Assembly (NCBI GenBank): GCA_022826125.1
Contig: JAJDVM010000217.1
Location: 313 to 64,312, forward strand
Reading direction: 5' to 3'
Source of the DNA: Defluviicoccus sp.
GTDB taxonomy: Bacteria; Pseudomonadota; Alphaproteobacteria; MPNO01
DNA length: 64,000 nucleotides
A model generated the notes under the pieces. The model did no database searches and was not told where the DNA came from. It worked only from the letters and a program-made list of their open reading frames with translations. Made by a program: the position numbers and the translations under genes. This document shows positions 39,265 through 48,544 of this stretch, one piece after another (position 1 is the stretch's first letter; each line of letters begins with the position of its first letter).

Positions 39265-40506
39265 TCAGGCGGCGATATCGTCCCGGCGATCTTCCGCGCC
39301 GGCGAGCTGCGCGCGCTCCCAGTCGGTGATGTAGTCGCGGGTAAGCGGCACGGCGTCCTGGTTGCGGGCGATCTGCATCTGGAACACCATCTGGTTCCAG
39401 TACTTGAACGCCATTTCGCAGCCCTTCAGGTAAAACTCCCACATCCGGCAGAAACGCTCGTCGTAGAGGTCGGCGATCTGGGCGCGGTTGGCCTGGAACC
39501 GCTGGTGCCAGTGGGACAGCGTCTTGGCGTAGTGGAGCCGCAATATCTCGATGTCCGTGACGTAGAGCTTTTCCCGCTCCAGGGCGGCCAGCACCTCCGA
39601 CATCGCCGGCGTATAGCCGCCCGGGAAGATGTACTTCCTGAGCCACGCGCTGGTGGTGCCCGGAGGCTCCATGCGGCCGATGGAATGGAGCAGGGCGACG
39701 CCGTCGTCGGGCAGCAGCTCGCGCAGCTTCGCGAAGAACTCGCGGAAATGCCGGGCGCCGACATGCTCGAACATGCCGACCGAGACGATGCGGTCGTACT
39801 GGCCGGTGCGGCGGCGGTAGTCCTCGAGCAGGAAGCGCACCCGTCCCGACAGGCCGGCCTCGGCGGCGCGGCGCTCCGCGACCCTGTGCTGTTCCTCCGA
39901 CAGGGTCACGCCGGTGACGTCGACATCCGCGACGTCCGCGAGATAGAGCGCGAGCCCGCCCCATCCCGAGCCGATGTCCAGCACCCGCTGGCCCGGCGCG
40001 AGCCGGAGCTTCGCTGCGAGGTGACGTTTCTTGTTGTTCTGCGCCTCTTCCAGCGTGTTGTCGTCGTCGGTGAAGTAGGCGCAGGAATATTGCCGGTCCT
40101 TGTCGAGGAACAGGTCGTAGAGCGTGTCGGACAGGTCGTAATGATGGGCGACGTTGCGCCGCGCGCGGCCGATCGGGTTGTGCTGCTGCAGCCAGCGGGT
40201 CCGGCGGTTCAGCCATTCCGACAGCTTGAAGACCGGATTGTCTTCCGCCTCGCTCGAATTGATGCAGCAATACTCGATAAAATCGCCCAGCGTCCCTTCC
40301 TCGATGGTCAGCGTGCCGTCCATATAGGCCTCGCCGACCCGGAGCCACGGGTTGGTGACCAGCTGGAGGTGCAGCCGCCGGTCGTGGAGCCGCACCGTGC
40401 ATTCCGGCCCGGGCGATCCTTCGATCCGGTGGGTGCGTCCGTTCGCGTCGATCAGCGTCAGGCTTCCGGTGGACGCCACCTTGCCCAACGCCCAGTTGAG
40501 CAGCAT
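39265..40506 (-). CDS. cfa: cyclopropane-fatty-acyl-phospholipid synthase family methyltransferase
   Basis: HHYDL, YSCAYF, LDIGSGWGG, SVGMFEHVG, YIFPGG. Confidence 0.9.
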   Translation of the reverse strand: MLLNWALGKVASTGSLTLIDANGRTHRIEGSPGPECTVRLHDRRLHLQLVTNPWLRVGEAYMDGTLTIEEGTLGDFIEYCCINSSEAEDNPVFKLSEWLNRRTRWLQQHNPIGRARRNVAHHYDLSDTLYDLFLDKDRQYSCAYFTDDDNTLEEAQNNKKRHLAAKLRLAPGQRVLDIGSGWGGLALYLADVADVDVTGVTLSEEQHRVAERRAAEAGLSGRVRFLLEDYRRRTGQYDRIVSVGMFEHVGARHFREFFAKLRELLPDDGVALLHSIGRMEPPGTTSAWLRKYIFPGGYTPAMSEVLAALEREKLYVTDIEILRLHYAKTLSHWHQRFQANRAQIADLYDERFCRMWEFYLKGCEMAFKYWNQMVFQMQIARNQDAVPLTRDYITDWERAQLAGAEDRRDDIAA

Positions 40507-40838
40507 CGAAACAGCCCCCCGCAGTTGCGCCGGTTCCGGCAACCGGCCGGCAGGTCCGGAGCGTGCCGCAAAATTTTAACGCCGCGTTTCCCTCGCTCCA
40601 ACGGTCAATTCACGCGATGCGAACCGGCCCGTCGTCGTCTTTCCGCCCGACTTCCGCGGAGCCGGCGCCTGCTTTCCGCTCCTTGCCGAGTCGTTGTGGA
40701 TAGTGGCGCCAATCGCCCCGATACTGTAGGTTCGTCCGGGTAACCGCCATTGACCCCGAAGGGTTCACGGGCTAACCCTAGCCGCGGCGAAACGCACCGG
40801 ACAGCAAACCGCTTCCGACCGACGGAGGAGATACGAGA

Positions 40839-41123
40839 ATGAAGATTTTGAAGACCTGCGCGCTCGTCGCGCTGCCCGCGATGTTCCTCGCGGCCTGCGA
40901 CACGGTGCAGATGAGCCGGTTCGAGGCCACGGAAGCGACCGCGAAGCAGGCCGCCGACGCGGCCGCTGCGGCGGGCGCCAAGGCCGATGCCGCCGGCAAG
41001 CGTGCCGAAGATGCGGCCCGCGCCGCCGAACGCGCCGCCGCCGCCGCCGAGCGCGCCGCCAGTCAGGCCGCCGAAGCGATCGAGAAGGCGAACCGCATGA
41101 TGCAAGCCAAGATGCGCAAGTAA
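40839..41123 (+). CDS. Lpp/OprI-like alanine-zipper lipoprotein
   Basis: Lipobox LAAC, Ala-rich coiled coil, ends KANRMMQAKMRK; GGAGGAG RBS. Confidence 0.8.
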   Translation: MKILKTCALVALPAMFLAACDTVQMSRFEATEATAKQAADAAAAAGAKADAAGKRAEDAARAAERAAAAAERAASQAAEAIEKANRMMQAKMRK

Positions 41124-41145
41124 CGGTTTCTCCGGTATGGGGCCG

Positions 41146-41177
41146 GGCGATCCCGGACGCGAACGTCCGGGATCGCC
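41146..41177. terminator. hairpin between convergent genes
   Basis: ggcgatcccggacg-cgaa-cgtccgggatcgcc (14-bp perfect stem). Confidence 0.75.
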
Positions 41178-41189
41178 TGTCTCCGGAAG

Positions 41190-42227
41190 TCAGCCCGCGG
41201 CGTCGGCGGGCTTCAGTACGCTAACCGGGAGACCGCTCCGCCGCCGAAGGGTCCGGCGGATCGTGGGCCAGTCGAGTCGGCCCGCCTCGGTGCGCGCGGC
41301 GTAAATCAGCCGGTACGCGACCTCCGGGGCGCTTGCCCGCGTCATCAGATCCCCGGCTTCCACCTCGTCCGCCTGAGCCTGGGTCGGATGCGCCTCCAGC
41401 ATCAGCTCACGACCCACCCAGGCGATCTTGACCGGCTGGTCGACCACGGTGACCGGGGTGCCCACCGGGATTTCCCCGAACAGCCGCGCGATGTCCTCCG
41501 GATAGAGCCGCACGCAGCCATGCGAGGCGCGCCGCCCGATTCCGTACGGCATGTTGGTCCCGTGCAGCAGGTAGGCGTTCCAGCCGAGATAGAGGGCGTG
41601 CGAGCCGAGCGGGTTGTCGGGGCCGGGCGGAACCGCTTTCGGGAGGTACGGACGCTCGGCCCGGATCGACTTCGGCACGTACCAGGTCGGCCGCTTCTTC
41701 TTGCGCACGATCTTCGTGCGCCCGGTGGGAGTCCACCAGCCTTCCCGGCCGATTCCCACCGGGAACGAGACCACGGTTCTGCCGTCCGGCTTGAAATGAT
41801 AGAGCCGCTGATCCCCCAGGTTGAGCACGAGCCCCTTCTTGCCGGCCTCCGGCACGATATGAGCGGTCGGGATCAGGATCTCGGTGCCGGCGCCGGGCAG
41901 CCACGGATCGACGTGCCGATTGGCCGCCAGCAGCTCGGTGTAGCCCAGGTTGAATCGGCGCGGAAGGTCGATCAGCGTGTCTTCGTACTTCGCCCGGTAG
42001 CGGATCGTCTGGCCGATCATCGTCGGGTAGGCGGACGCGCCGGGCGCGGGCGTCCGGGCCGCGCCGGCGGCGTCCTCCGCCGCGCCCGCCGGAGCGGCGG
42101 CCAGCAACGCCGCGATGCCGAGCGCTAGCGCGGAAACGGGCGAAAGGCCCGCACCGGCGCGCCGGCGGTCGCGCTTCGATATACGGTCCCCGTTTCCGAT
42201 CGCGTGCGGTCGGCCCTGCCAGCGCAT
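41190..42227 (-). CDS. L,D-transpeptidase (ErfK/YcfS/YnhG type with LysM-like region)
   Basis: AN..VDPWLP..G, FPVGIG, PPGPDNPLG, HGTN...GIG...SHGCVRL; start uncertain. Confidence 0.9.
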   Translation of the reverse strand: MRWQGRPHAIGNGDRISKRDRRRAGAGLSPVSALALGIAALLAAAPAGAAEDAAGAARTPAPGASAYPTMIGQTIRYRAKYEDTLIDLPRRFNLGYTELLAANRHVDPWLPGAGTEILIPTAHIVPEAGKKGLVLNLGDQRLYHFKPDGRTVVSFPVGIGREGWWTPTGRTKIVRKKKRPTWYVPKSIRAERPYLPKAVPPGPDNPLGSHALYLGWNAYLLHGTNMPYGIGRRASHGCVRLYPEDIARLFGEIPVGTPVTVVDQPVKIAWVGRELMLEAHPTQAQADEVEAGDLMTRASAPEVAYRLIYAARTEAGRLDWPTIRRTLRRRSGLPVSVLKPADAAG

Positions 42228-42308
42228 CACGGCGTCCTTTTCGCGAAGTGCCTCATTCGCTAGATTGGCGCCGCCATTATAACAGACCGCGTCGTTGGAG
42301 GGTTGTCC

Positions 42309-42932
42309 ATGGACCGCATCATTGTCGGGATCACCGGCGCCACCGGCACGATCTACGGCGTGCGGCTGATGGAGATGCTGCGCCAGACGAACGCGTACGA
42401 AATCCATCTCGTGATGAGCCGGTCGGCCAAGCTGACGCTCAAGATGGAGCACGACGTCGACATCGCCCATATCAACGCGCTCGCCCACGAGGTGCACGAG
42501 GTCGGCAATATCGGGGCGTCGATCTCGTCCGGATCCTTCCATTCGAGGGGCATGATCATCGCGCCCTGCTCGATCAAGACGATGTCCAACGTCGCCATGG
42601 GCAATACCGGCGACCTGATCAGCCGCGCCGCCGATGTCGTGCTCAAGGAGCGGCGCACGCTGCTGGTGGCGATTCGCGAGACGCCGCTCCATTCCGGCCA
42701 TCTCGACAACCTGGTTCGGCTGAGCAGGCTCGGGGCGGTCATATTTCCGCCGGTCCCCGCGTTCTACAACCGGCCCGTGACGCTGCAGGACATCGTCGAC
42801 CAGAGCTGCATGAGGATGCTCGACCAGTTCGACATCCACATCGAATCCGCGCCCCGCTGGGGCGAGGAGGGCGGCGTGCCCGCGGTCGGCCAGAAGATCG
42901 TCGGCGGCAAGGCGGTCGCGGCGGAGGACTAG
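42309..42932 (+). CDS. ubiX: flavin prenyltransferase UbiX
   Basis: VGITGATG, ISSGS, APCSIKT, RAADV.LKERR, RETPL, PPVPAFY. Confidence 0.93.
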   Translation: MDRIIVGITGATGTIYGVRLMEMLRQTNAYEIHLVMSRSAKLTLKMEHDVDIAHINALAHEVHEVGNIGASISSGSFHSRGMIIAPCSIKTMSNVAMGNTGDLISRAADVVLKERRTLLVAIRETPLHSGHLDNLVRLSRLGAVIFPPVPAFYNRPVTLQDIVDQSCMRMLDQFDIHIESAPRWGEEGGVPAVGQKIVGGKAVAAED

Positions 42933-43068
42933 GACCTAGCCGGTTCCCTGGCCGGACACCGGCCTCGGCTAATTCCAACCGACGGTAGTGCTGTTCGATC
43001 GGCGCTCCTCTTGATTCGTCCGACTTGCGCCCGCTATATTTGCCCAGAGCAGGCGACGGAATTGGACC

Positions 43069-43260
43069 ATGATCACCCGGGCCGACGCCCCTGAAGACGC
43101 TTTCGGTCAACGGCTGGCGAGGATCGAATCTTTCATGGAGCACGTTGCCACCCGCGAGGATGTGCTCAACCTCAAGGCGTGGATTTTGCTCAGGGCCTTA
43201 GGCGCCATCGCGGGCGGAGCCATGCTCGCGATCGCGGTCGTCCAGTTGTTCGTCAGGTAA
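43069..43260 (+). CDS. small coiled-coil protein with C-terminal TM helix
   Basis: RLARIES...VATREDV..LK.WI then hydrophobic tail; upstream TTGATT-N18-TATATT (43011-43040). Confidence 0.6.
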   Translation: MITRADAPEDAFGQRLARIESFMEHVATREDVLNLKAWILLRALGAIAGGAMLAIAVVQLFVR

Positions 43261-43267
43261 CGGATCG

Positions 43268-44059
43268 TCAGTCCAGCCTGACTTCGGCCGTCCCCAGCCC
43301 TTCGATCTCGACCCGCGCCGTCGCGGGGAAGCGCTCCAGCCAGACCGTCTTCACGAGGGAACCCGTCATCGCCAAATCGCCCGCGCGGAGGATCGCGCCG
43401 CTCCGGCCGAGCGCCCCGGCGAGCCAGGCAACCGCGTCGAGAGGGTGACCCAGCACGTCGGCGCCGTTGCCCCGGCCGGTCTCGGCCCCGTCGATCAGGG
43501 TCCGGCCCGCGACGGTATCGAGCGCCATGGGATCGCAACCCGTTGCCGGGGATCCGAGGACGCAGGCCGCCTGGAAGAAATCGTCCGCGATCAGGGTCGG
43601 GGTGCCGAGAGCGGTCCAGTCGCCGTAGCGGTTGTCCACGATCTCGATCGCCGGCATGACTTCGGCGATCGCCGCCGCCGCGTCCTCGCGGGTGGGAAGC
43701 CGGCCGCGCGCGTCGAGATCGGCGCCGAGCCGGACCGCGATCTCGCACTCGACGCCGGGCGCGATGAAACCGGACGATGGCATTGCGGTCCCGCTTCGAT
43801 GGACATCGCCCGCGCGAACGCCGCCATGGACCGGCGCGTCGACCCCCAGCATCGCCTGCATGACGGGGGTCGTGCAGCCGAGCTTGTAGCCCGCCGGCGG
43901 CGGATCGCCCCGTTCGGAGAACCACGCGCGCAGCGCCCGCTGGATACGGTAGCCGCCCGTCTCGTCCGCCGGCCGCACCGATTCCGGGAGCGCGTCCACC
44001 GGCGCGCTGGTCAGACGCGCCTCGCCGAGCAGCGCCGCCGCGGTCTCCTCGGAGGTCAC
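43268..44059 (-). CDS. 2-keto-4-pentenoate hydratase / FAH family protein
   Basis: GYKLG.T, VECEIA, PAIEIVD, LIAD, GHPL.AV.WL, TGS; GTGA overlap. Confidence 0.85.
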   Translation of the reverse strand: MTSEETAAALLGEARLTSAPVDALPESVRPADETGGYRIQRALRAWFSERGDPPPAGYKLGCTTPVMQAMLGVDAPVHGGVRAGDVHRSGTAMPSSGFIAPGVECEIAVRLGADLDARGRLPTREDAAAAIAEVMPAIEIVDNRYGDWTALGTPTLIADDFFQAACVLGSPATGCDPMALDTVAGRTLIDGAETGRGNGADVLGHPLDAVAWLAGALGRSGAILRAGDLAMTGSLVKTVWLERFPATARVEIEGLGTAEVRLD

Positions 44060-44775
44060 ACCACCGGCCGTTCGTCCTCGAAGCGGGCGGCCTTCCGGGC
44101 CGCGTTCCTCGCCCGCTCGGCGGCGCAATCCTCGAACAGCGTATCGGGGTAGAGGTCGCGGAAATCCCCGATCACCCGGTCGAAGTCGAAATCCGACCAG
44201 ACGCCGTGGTCCCTGATGTATTCCATGTGGCGCCGGCCCCGGCCGTCGAACTCCTGGAACAGCGCGTGTTCCGTGCCGTCGAACTCGGTCGGCAGCACGT
44301 CGAACTTCTCGCAGAGCTCGAGATTGAAGGTCGCCGCCGCCTTGATCCAGCGCCCCTCCAGATGGAGCACCGCGTAGCCGTGGTGGATGAACAGGTTGCT
44401 GCCCCCCATCAGCCTCAGCAGGCGCTCGGTGCAGAGATGGTTGGTCACGTCCGACAGCCCGAGCCCGGCAGGGATGCCGAGGGCTCGCGCGCAGGCGACG
44501 AGGAGGTTGCCCTTCGGCACGCAGAAGGCCGCTCCCGCCTCCAGCACGCGGCTCGCCCGATAGTCCGCGCGGTCGTCGGAGATGGTGTAGGGGTCGTAGC
44601 GGATCTCGTCGCGGATCGCGTAGAACAGCGCCACGGCCCTGGCGACCGGGGTATCGGCGCCGGCGGTCTTGGCAAGCGCGAACTCCCCGACGGCGGGCGT
44701 GTCGTGGTCGAAATACCAGGTGGGCTCCAGGTAAAGCGCGCCCGGCTCCGGAAAGCCCCCTTCGACATGCTCCAT
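44056..44775 (-). CDS. transglutaminase-like family protein
   Basis: RDEIRYDPY, FCVPK..LL.A..RALGIPA, NHL, HGY...LEGRW. Confidence 0.85.
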   Translation of the reverse strand: MEHVEGGFPEPGALYLEPTWYFDHDTPAVGEFALAKTAGADTPVARAVALFYAIRDEIRYDPYTISDDRADYRASRVLEAGAAFCVPKGNLLVACARALGIPAGLGLSDVTNHLCTERLLRLMGGSNLFIHHGYAVLHLEGRWIKAAATFNLELCEKFDVLPTEFDGTEHALFQEFDGRGRRHMEYIRDHGVWSDFDFDRVIGDFRDLYPDTLFEDCAAERARNAARKAARFEDERPVV

Positions 44776-44890
44776 CGCGATTTCTCCCCCCGCGCCCGCG
44801 GCCGGCGGCACCATAGGTACCCGCCCTCCGCGCTGCAACTTCGGGAAATGTTGGTATGATGCGCGCCGTTCGAGAGGAGAGGGTGCCCGG

Positions 44891-46387
44891 ATGCCGAAGG
44901 ACGGAGCCAAGCACAGGGAGAGCCTGAGAGACGGGCGCGAGGTCTATCTCGACGGCGTCCGCGTCGGCGACGTCACCGTTCATCCGGCCTATCGGAACGC
45001 GGTCGATTCCGCCTGCGCGCTCTACGATTTCCAGTGCCGCCCCGAGAATCTCGACCTGATGACGTTCGAATCGCCGACGAGCGGCGGGCGGGTCAACCGC
45101 GCCTGGCAGCTCACCAAGTCCTATGACGAGCTGGTCCAGCGCCGCAAGGCGATCGTCGCCTGGATGCGGCTCTCCGGGGGCTGGCTCGGCCGGTCGCCCG
45201 ACCACATCGCCTCCTCGATGGCGGGGCAGGTGATGGGCATCCATCTGTTCCGCCGGCACAGCGAGGAGCGCGCCCAGGCGCTGCTCGATTACTACGCCTG
45301 GGCCCGGGACAACGACATCTACATGACCTACGTCATCATCAACCCGCAGGCCGACCGGTCGAAGGACACCGGCGAGCAGGGCGACGAGTTCCTGACCTGC
45401 GGGGTGGTCGACGAGGACCCGGAAGGCATCACGGTGCGCGGCGCGAAGATGCTGGGCACCGGCTCGATCATGGCGAACGAGGTGCTGTGCGCGAACATCC
45501 AGCCGCTCAAGCCGGGCGAGGAGAAATACGCGATCTCCTTCGCCGTGCCGATGGCTCAGAAGGGCGTCAAGGTGATGTCCCGGCGCTCCTACGAGGGCTC
45601 GGTGACGACCGAGTACGACTATCCGCTGTCGACCCATTTCGACGAGAACGACGCGCTGATCTATTTCGACGATGTGAAGGTCCCCTGGGAGCGGGTGTTC
45701 GTCTATCGCGACACCGACATGGCGCGGGCCCAGTTCTCCGACACCTACGCGCATTACATGCAGAACTACCAGGCCCAGACCCGCCTGATGGTGAAGATGC
45801 AGTTTCTCGTCGGCGTCGCGCACAAGATCACCGAGACCATCGGCACCGCGACCATCCCCTCGGTCCGCGAGCAGCTCGGCCACCTCGCCGCGCAGACCGC
45901 GATGGTCAAAGGGCTGGTCTACGGCATGGAGGCGGGCGGCGGCGAATATCACGGCTACTACGTTCCCGACCGCAACCTGATGTACACCTCCCAGGTCCTG
46001 ACCCAGGAGCTCTACCCCAACTTCATCACCAAGCTCCGCGAGCTCGCGGGTGGCGCGCTGATCATGCTGCCGTCCTCGGCGAAGGACTTCGCCAACCCGG
46101 CGCTCGCCGACTATATCGAGCGCACCCAGCAATCGCCGGTGTCGGACCCCGAATCCCGGGTGAAGTTCCTGAAGCTCGCCTGGGACGCGATCGGCTCCGA
46201 GTTCGCCTCGCGCCACGCCCAGTACGAGATGTTCTATGCCGGCGCGCAGTTCGTCACCCGGAACCACGCCTACCGCACCTACGACTGGCAGGCGGCGACC
46301 GGCCTCGTCGACGAGATGCTCGCCCGCTACGACCTCGCCGCCTCGATGGGCCCGGCCACAGGCGAAGCGAGCGAGGCGGCGGAGTAG
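44891..46387 (+). CDS. 4-hydroxyphenylacetate 3-hydroxylase family oxygenase component (HpaB-like)
   Basis: SLRDGREVY.DG, GRSPDH, VRGAK, FDENDA..YFDDV.VPWERVF, GSEF.SRH.QYE.FY. Confidence 0.9.
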   Translation: MPKDGAKHRESLRDGREVYLDGVRVGDVTVHPAYRNAVDSACALYDFQCRPENLDLMTFESPTSGGRVNRAWQLTKSYDELVQRRKAIVAWMRLSGGWLGRSPDHIASSMAGQVMGIHLFRRHSEERAQALLDYYAWARDNDIYMTYVIINPQADRSKDTGEQGDEFLTCGVVDEDPEGITVRGAKMLGTGSIMANEVLCANIQPLKPGEEKYAISFAVPMAQKGVKVMSRRSYEGSVTTEYDYPLSTHFDENDALIYFDDVKVPWERVFVYRDTDMARAQFSDTYAHYMQNYQAQTRLMVKMQFLVGVAHKITETIGTATIPSVREQLGHLAAQTAMVKGLVYGMEAGGGEYHGYYVPDRNLMYTSQVLTQELYPNFITKLRELAGGALIMLPSSAKDFANPALADYIERTQQSPVSDPESRVKFLKLAWDAIGSEFASRHAQYEMFYAGAQFVTRNHAYRTYDWQAATGLVDEMLARYDLAASMGPATGEASEAAE

Positions 46388-46424
46388 GGGAGGGCGGTCG
46401 CCCGCGGTCCGGCGGAACCGCCTC

Positions 46425-46757
46425 TCAGCTCTCCACGTGAGAGGTTATGCGCGGCGTGCCCTTGAATGGAGCGACCTCGATCTCTCCGGCCCGGCTGCGG
46501 GTCCGGGCGATGTCGTAGCTGTTCTGCATCCTCATAAGCGTGTCCATCGACACGCCGAACGCCTTCTCGATCCTCAGCGCCATCTCCGGCGAGAGGCGGG
46601 CGCGCCGGTTGAGAACGGCCGACAGCGCGGCGCGTGTCACGCCCAACGCCCGGGCCGCCTCCGTAACCGAGAGGCCGAGGGCTTCGATAATCTCGTGCTT
46701 CACGAAACCGCCGGGATGGACGGGCTCCTTCATGCGGATGCCTTGCGTTGAATTCAT
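46425..46757 (-). CDS. higA: HigA family antitoxin
   Basis: PVHPG, LSVTEAA.ALGVTR.ALS, LSPEMALRIEKAFG. Confidence 0.9.
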   Translation of the reverse strand: MNSTQGIRMKEPVHPGGFVKHEIIEALGLSVTEAARALGVTRAALSAVLNRRARLSPEMALRIEKAFGVSMDTLMRMQNSYDIARTRSRAGEIEVAPFKGTPRITSHVES

Positions 46758-46766
46758 TTCCGGCCC

Positions 46767-46802
46767 TCAGTGGCAGTCCTCATAATCGAGCACGACCCTC
46801 AC
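46767..46802 (-). pseudogene. 11-codon fusion scar: PIN toxin start joined to HigB toxin end
   Basis: GTG AGG GTC GTG CTC GAT TAT GAG GAC TGC CAC TGA = MRVVLD|YEDCH*; GTGA overlap with the AbrB gene. Confidence 0.7.
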
Positions 46803-47092
46803 GTTCGGCCGTCACGACGCGCCCTGCGGGCTTCGGCGATGTCGGCGAGAATCTCTTCCATCATTTCGTCCTCGGAGCGTCCGGCATCGTCGGGCGAAGG
46901 CTCGGACCGCGCCAGAATGGATGCGATCCGGTCGGCGGACGCTCCGCGGTCCACCACGTCCTTGGGACGCAGGAGGATGCCGTCGCCGACGAGGGTCGCC
47001 TCCATGAGGTCGCCTTCGCGCAAATCGAGCCCCTTGCGGAGTTTCGCGGGGATGGTGACCTGGAACTTCGGCTTCACGGTGACCAGGGGCAT
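46799..47092 (-). CDS. AbrB/MazE/SpoVT family antitoxin
   Basis: VK.KFQVTIPA.LRK.L.LREGD......GILLRP. Confidence 0.88.
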   Translation of the reverse strand: MPLVTVKPKFQVTIPAKLRKGLDLREGDLMEATLVGDGILLRPKDVVDRGASADRIASILARSEPSPDDAGRSEDEMMEEILADIAEARRARRDGRT

Positions 47093-47281
47093 CGCGGGCC
47101 TCGTATGACATCGGTTGGAAATTCATACTTTCGTACCACACGATACCGCAAACCGGAATACGCAGAATCGACGGCCACGCCCCCGCCCTAGCCGTCCTCC
47201 GCCGAATCCGCCTATAACCGGCGTCAACGGGGTCCCTCGATTGCCGCGCCTGTCCGGGGGGTTGCCGGGCACGGGGGTCCC

Positions 47282-48544
47282 TTGGCCGCAGGACGATCGA
47301 CCGACATCGACGCGCGCTCGACCGGCAGGGGCTGGGTCGTCGTCGGCGCGCTGTTCCTGATGCTCGGCATCGTGATCACCGCGCGCAATTCCATCGGGTT
47401 ATTGATGCCCTACCTCAAGGAGGATCTGGGCTGGAGCTACGGCTTCGTCTCGTCCGCGGGCGCGGTCATGCTGGCCACGATGGCGCTGGTCGCGCCCGCC
47501 GCCGGGATGGCGATCGACCGGCACGGCCCGCGGCCGGTCTACGCCCTCGGCATGTCGCTCGCCGCGATCGCGATCGGGCTCGCATCCGTCATGTCCGAGC
47601 CATGGCAACTGGTGCTGTTCATCGGCATCGTCGGCGGCATCGGCTTTGCCGCGATCTCCCCCTCGCTGGTGTCGACCACCGTCGCGGCCCATTTCGACCG
47701 CGGTCTCGGCCTCGCCACCGGGGTGGCGGTATCGGGCAGCACCGCGGGCCAGATCGCGCTCATGCCGTTGCTGGCCCTGCTGATCGGGCTGTTCGGATGG
47801 CGTTCCAGCCTGGCGATCGCGGCCGCCGCCATCGTTGCCACCGCGATCGCGGTCAATCTTCTGATCGGGCGGCGCGATGCGACCGCCGGCGCGGCCCCGG
47901 CCATGCCGGCTCGCGGCTCGCGCCCGCGTTTTCGCGCCGTGATGTCCGGGCTCGCCCGCCAGCGGACGTTCTGGCTGCTCGCCGGCGGCTTCGCGATCTG
48001 CGGCTTCACCACCGGGGGCGTGATCAAGATTCACCTGATCCCCTATGCCGTCGCCTGCGGCTTCCCCCCGCTCGAAAGCGCCACCGCCTATGGGGTGATG
48101 TCCGCGTTCAGCCTCGCCGGCATGATCGCGTTCGGCCATCTTTCGGACCGTTTCCACCGTCCGGCGCTGCTCGCCTCCATCTACTTCATGCGGGCGCTCA
48201 CCTTCCTCGTTCTCCTGCAGATTCCCGGAAGCTCGACGCTCCTCTTCGCCTTCGCGATCCTGTTCGGCATGTTCGATTACGCAACCTTCCCGATCGTCGC
48301 CAGCCTCGTGGCGAGCCACATGGGAAGGCACATCATGGGCTTCACGATGGGACTCATCTTCGCCGCGCATTCGCTCGGCGCGGCGGCGGGCTCCTTCCTC
48401 GGGGGCCACCTGTTCGAGCTTTTCGCGCGTTACGACTGGGTGTGGATCGTGTCCTTCGCGCTCGCGCTCGCGGCCGCGCTGCTTTCGATCCTGATCCGCG
48501 AGAACCGCGACCGAAGTCCCGCCCTCGCGCCCGCCGGGGCCTGA
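47282..48544 (+). CDS. MFS transporter
   Basis: About 12 hydrophobic helices, DRHGPR and GHLSDRF motifs. Confidence 0.88.
   Translation: MAAGRSTDIDARSTGRGWVVVGALFLMLGIVITARNSIGLLMPYLKEDLGWSYGFVSSAGAVMLATMALVAPAAGMAIDRHGPRPVYALGMSLAAIAIGLASVMSEPWQLVLFIGIVGGIGFAAISPSLVSTTVAAHFDRGLGLATGVAVSGSTAGQIALMPLLALLIGLFGWRSSLAIAAAAIVATAIAVNLLIGRRDATAGAAPAMPARGSRPRFRAVMSGLARQRTFWLLAGGFAICGFTTGGVIKIHLIPYAVACGFPPLESATAYGVMSAFSLAGMIAFGHLSDRFHRPALLASIYFMRALTFLVLLQIPGSSTLLFAFAILFGMFDYATFPIVASLVASHMGRHIMGFTMGLIFAAHSLGAAAGSFLGGHLFELFARYDWVWIVSFALALAAALLSILIRENRDRSPALAPAGA

Noticed and set aside
43268-46267. 999-aa ORF as one large protein
   Set aside because: Only the last ~263 codons encode the FAH-family protein; the rest overlaps the transglutaminase-like and HpaB-like genes.
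42972-47120. Shared 10-mer TTCCAACCGA upstream of two small accessory genes (42972 + strand, 47120 - strand)
   Set aside because: Too short, flanks diverge; cannot be distinguished from chance.
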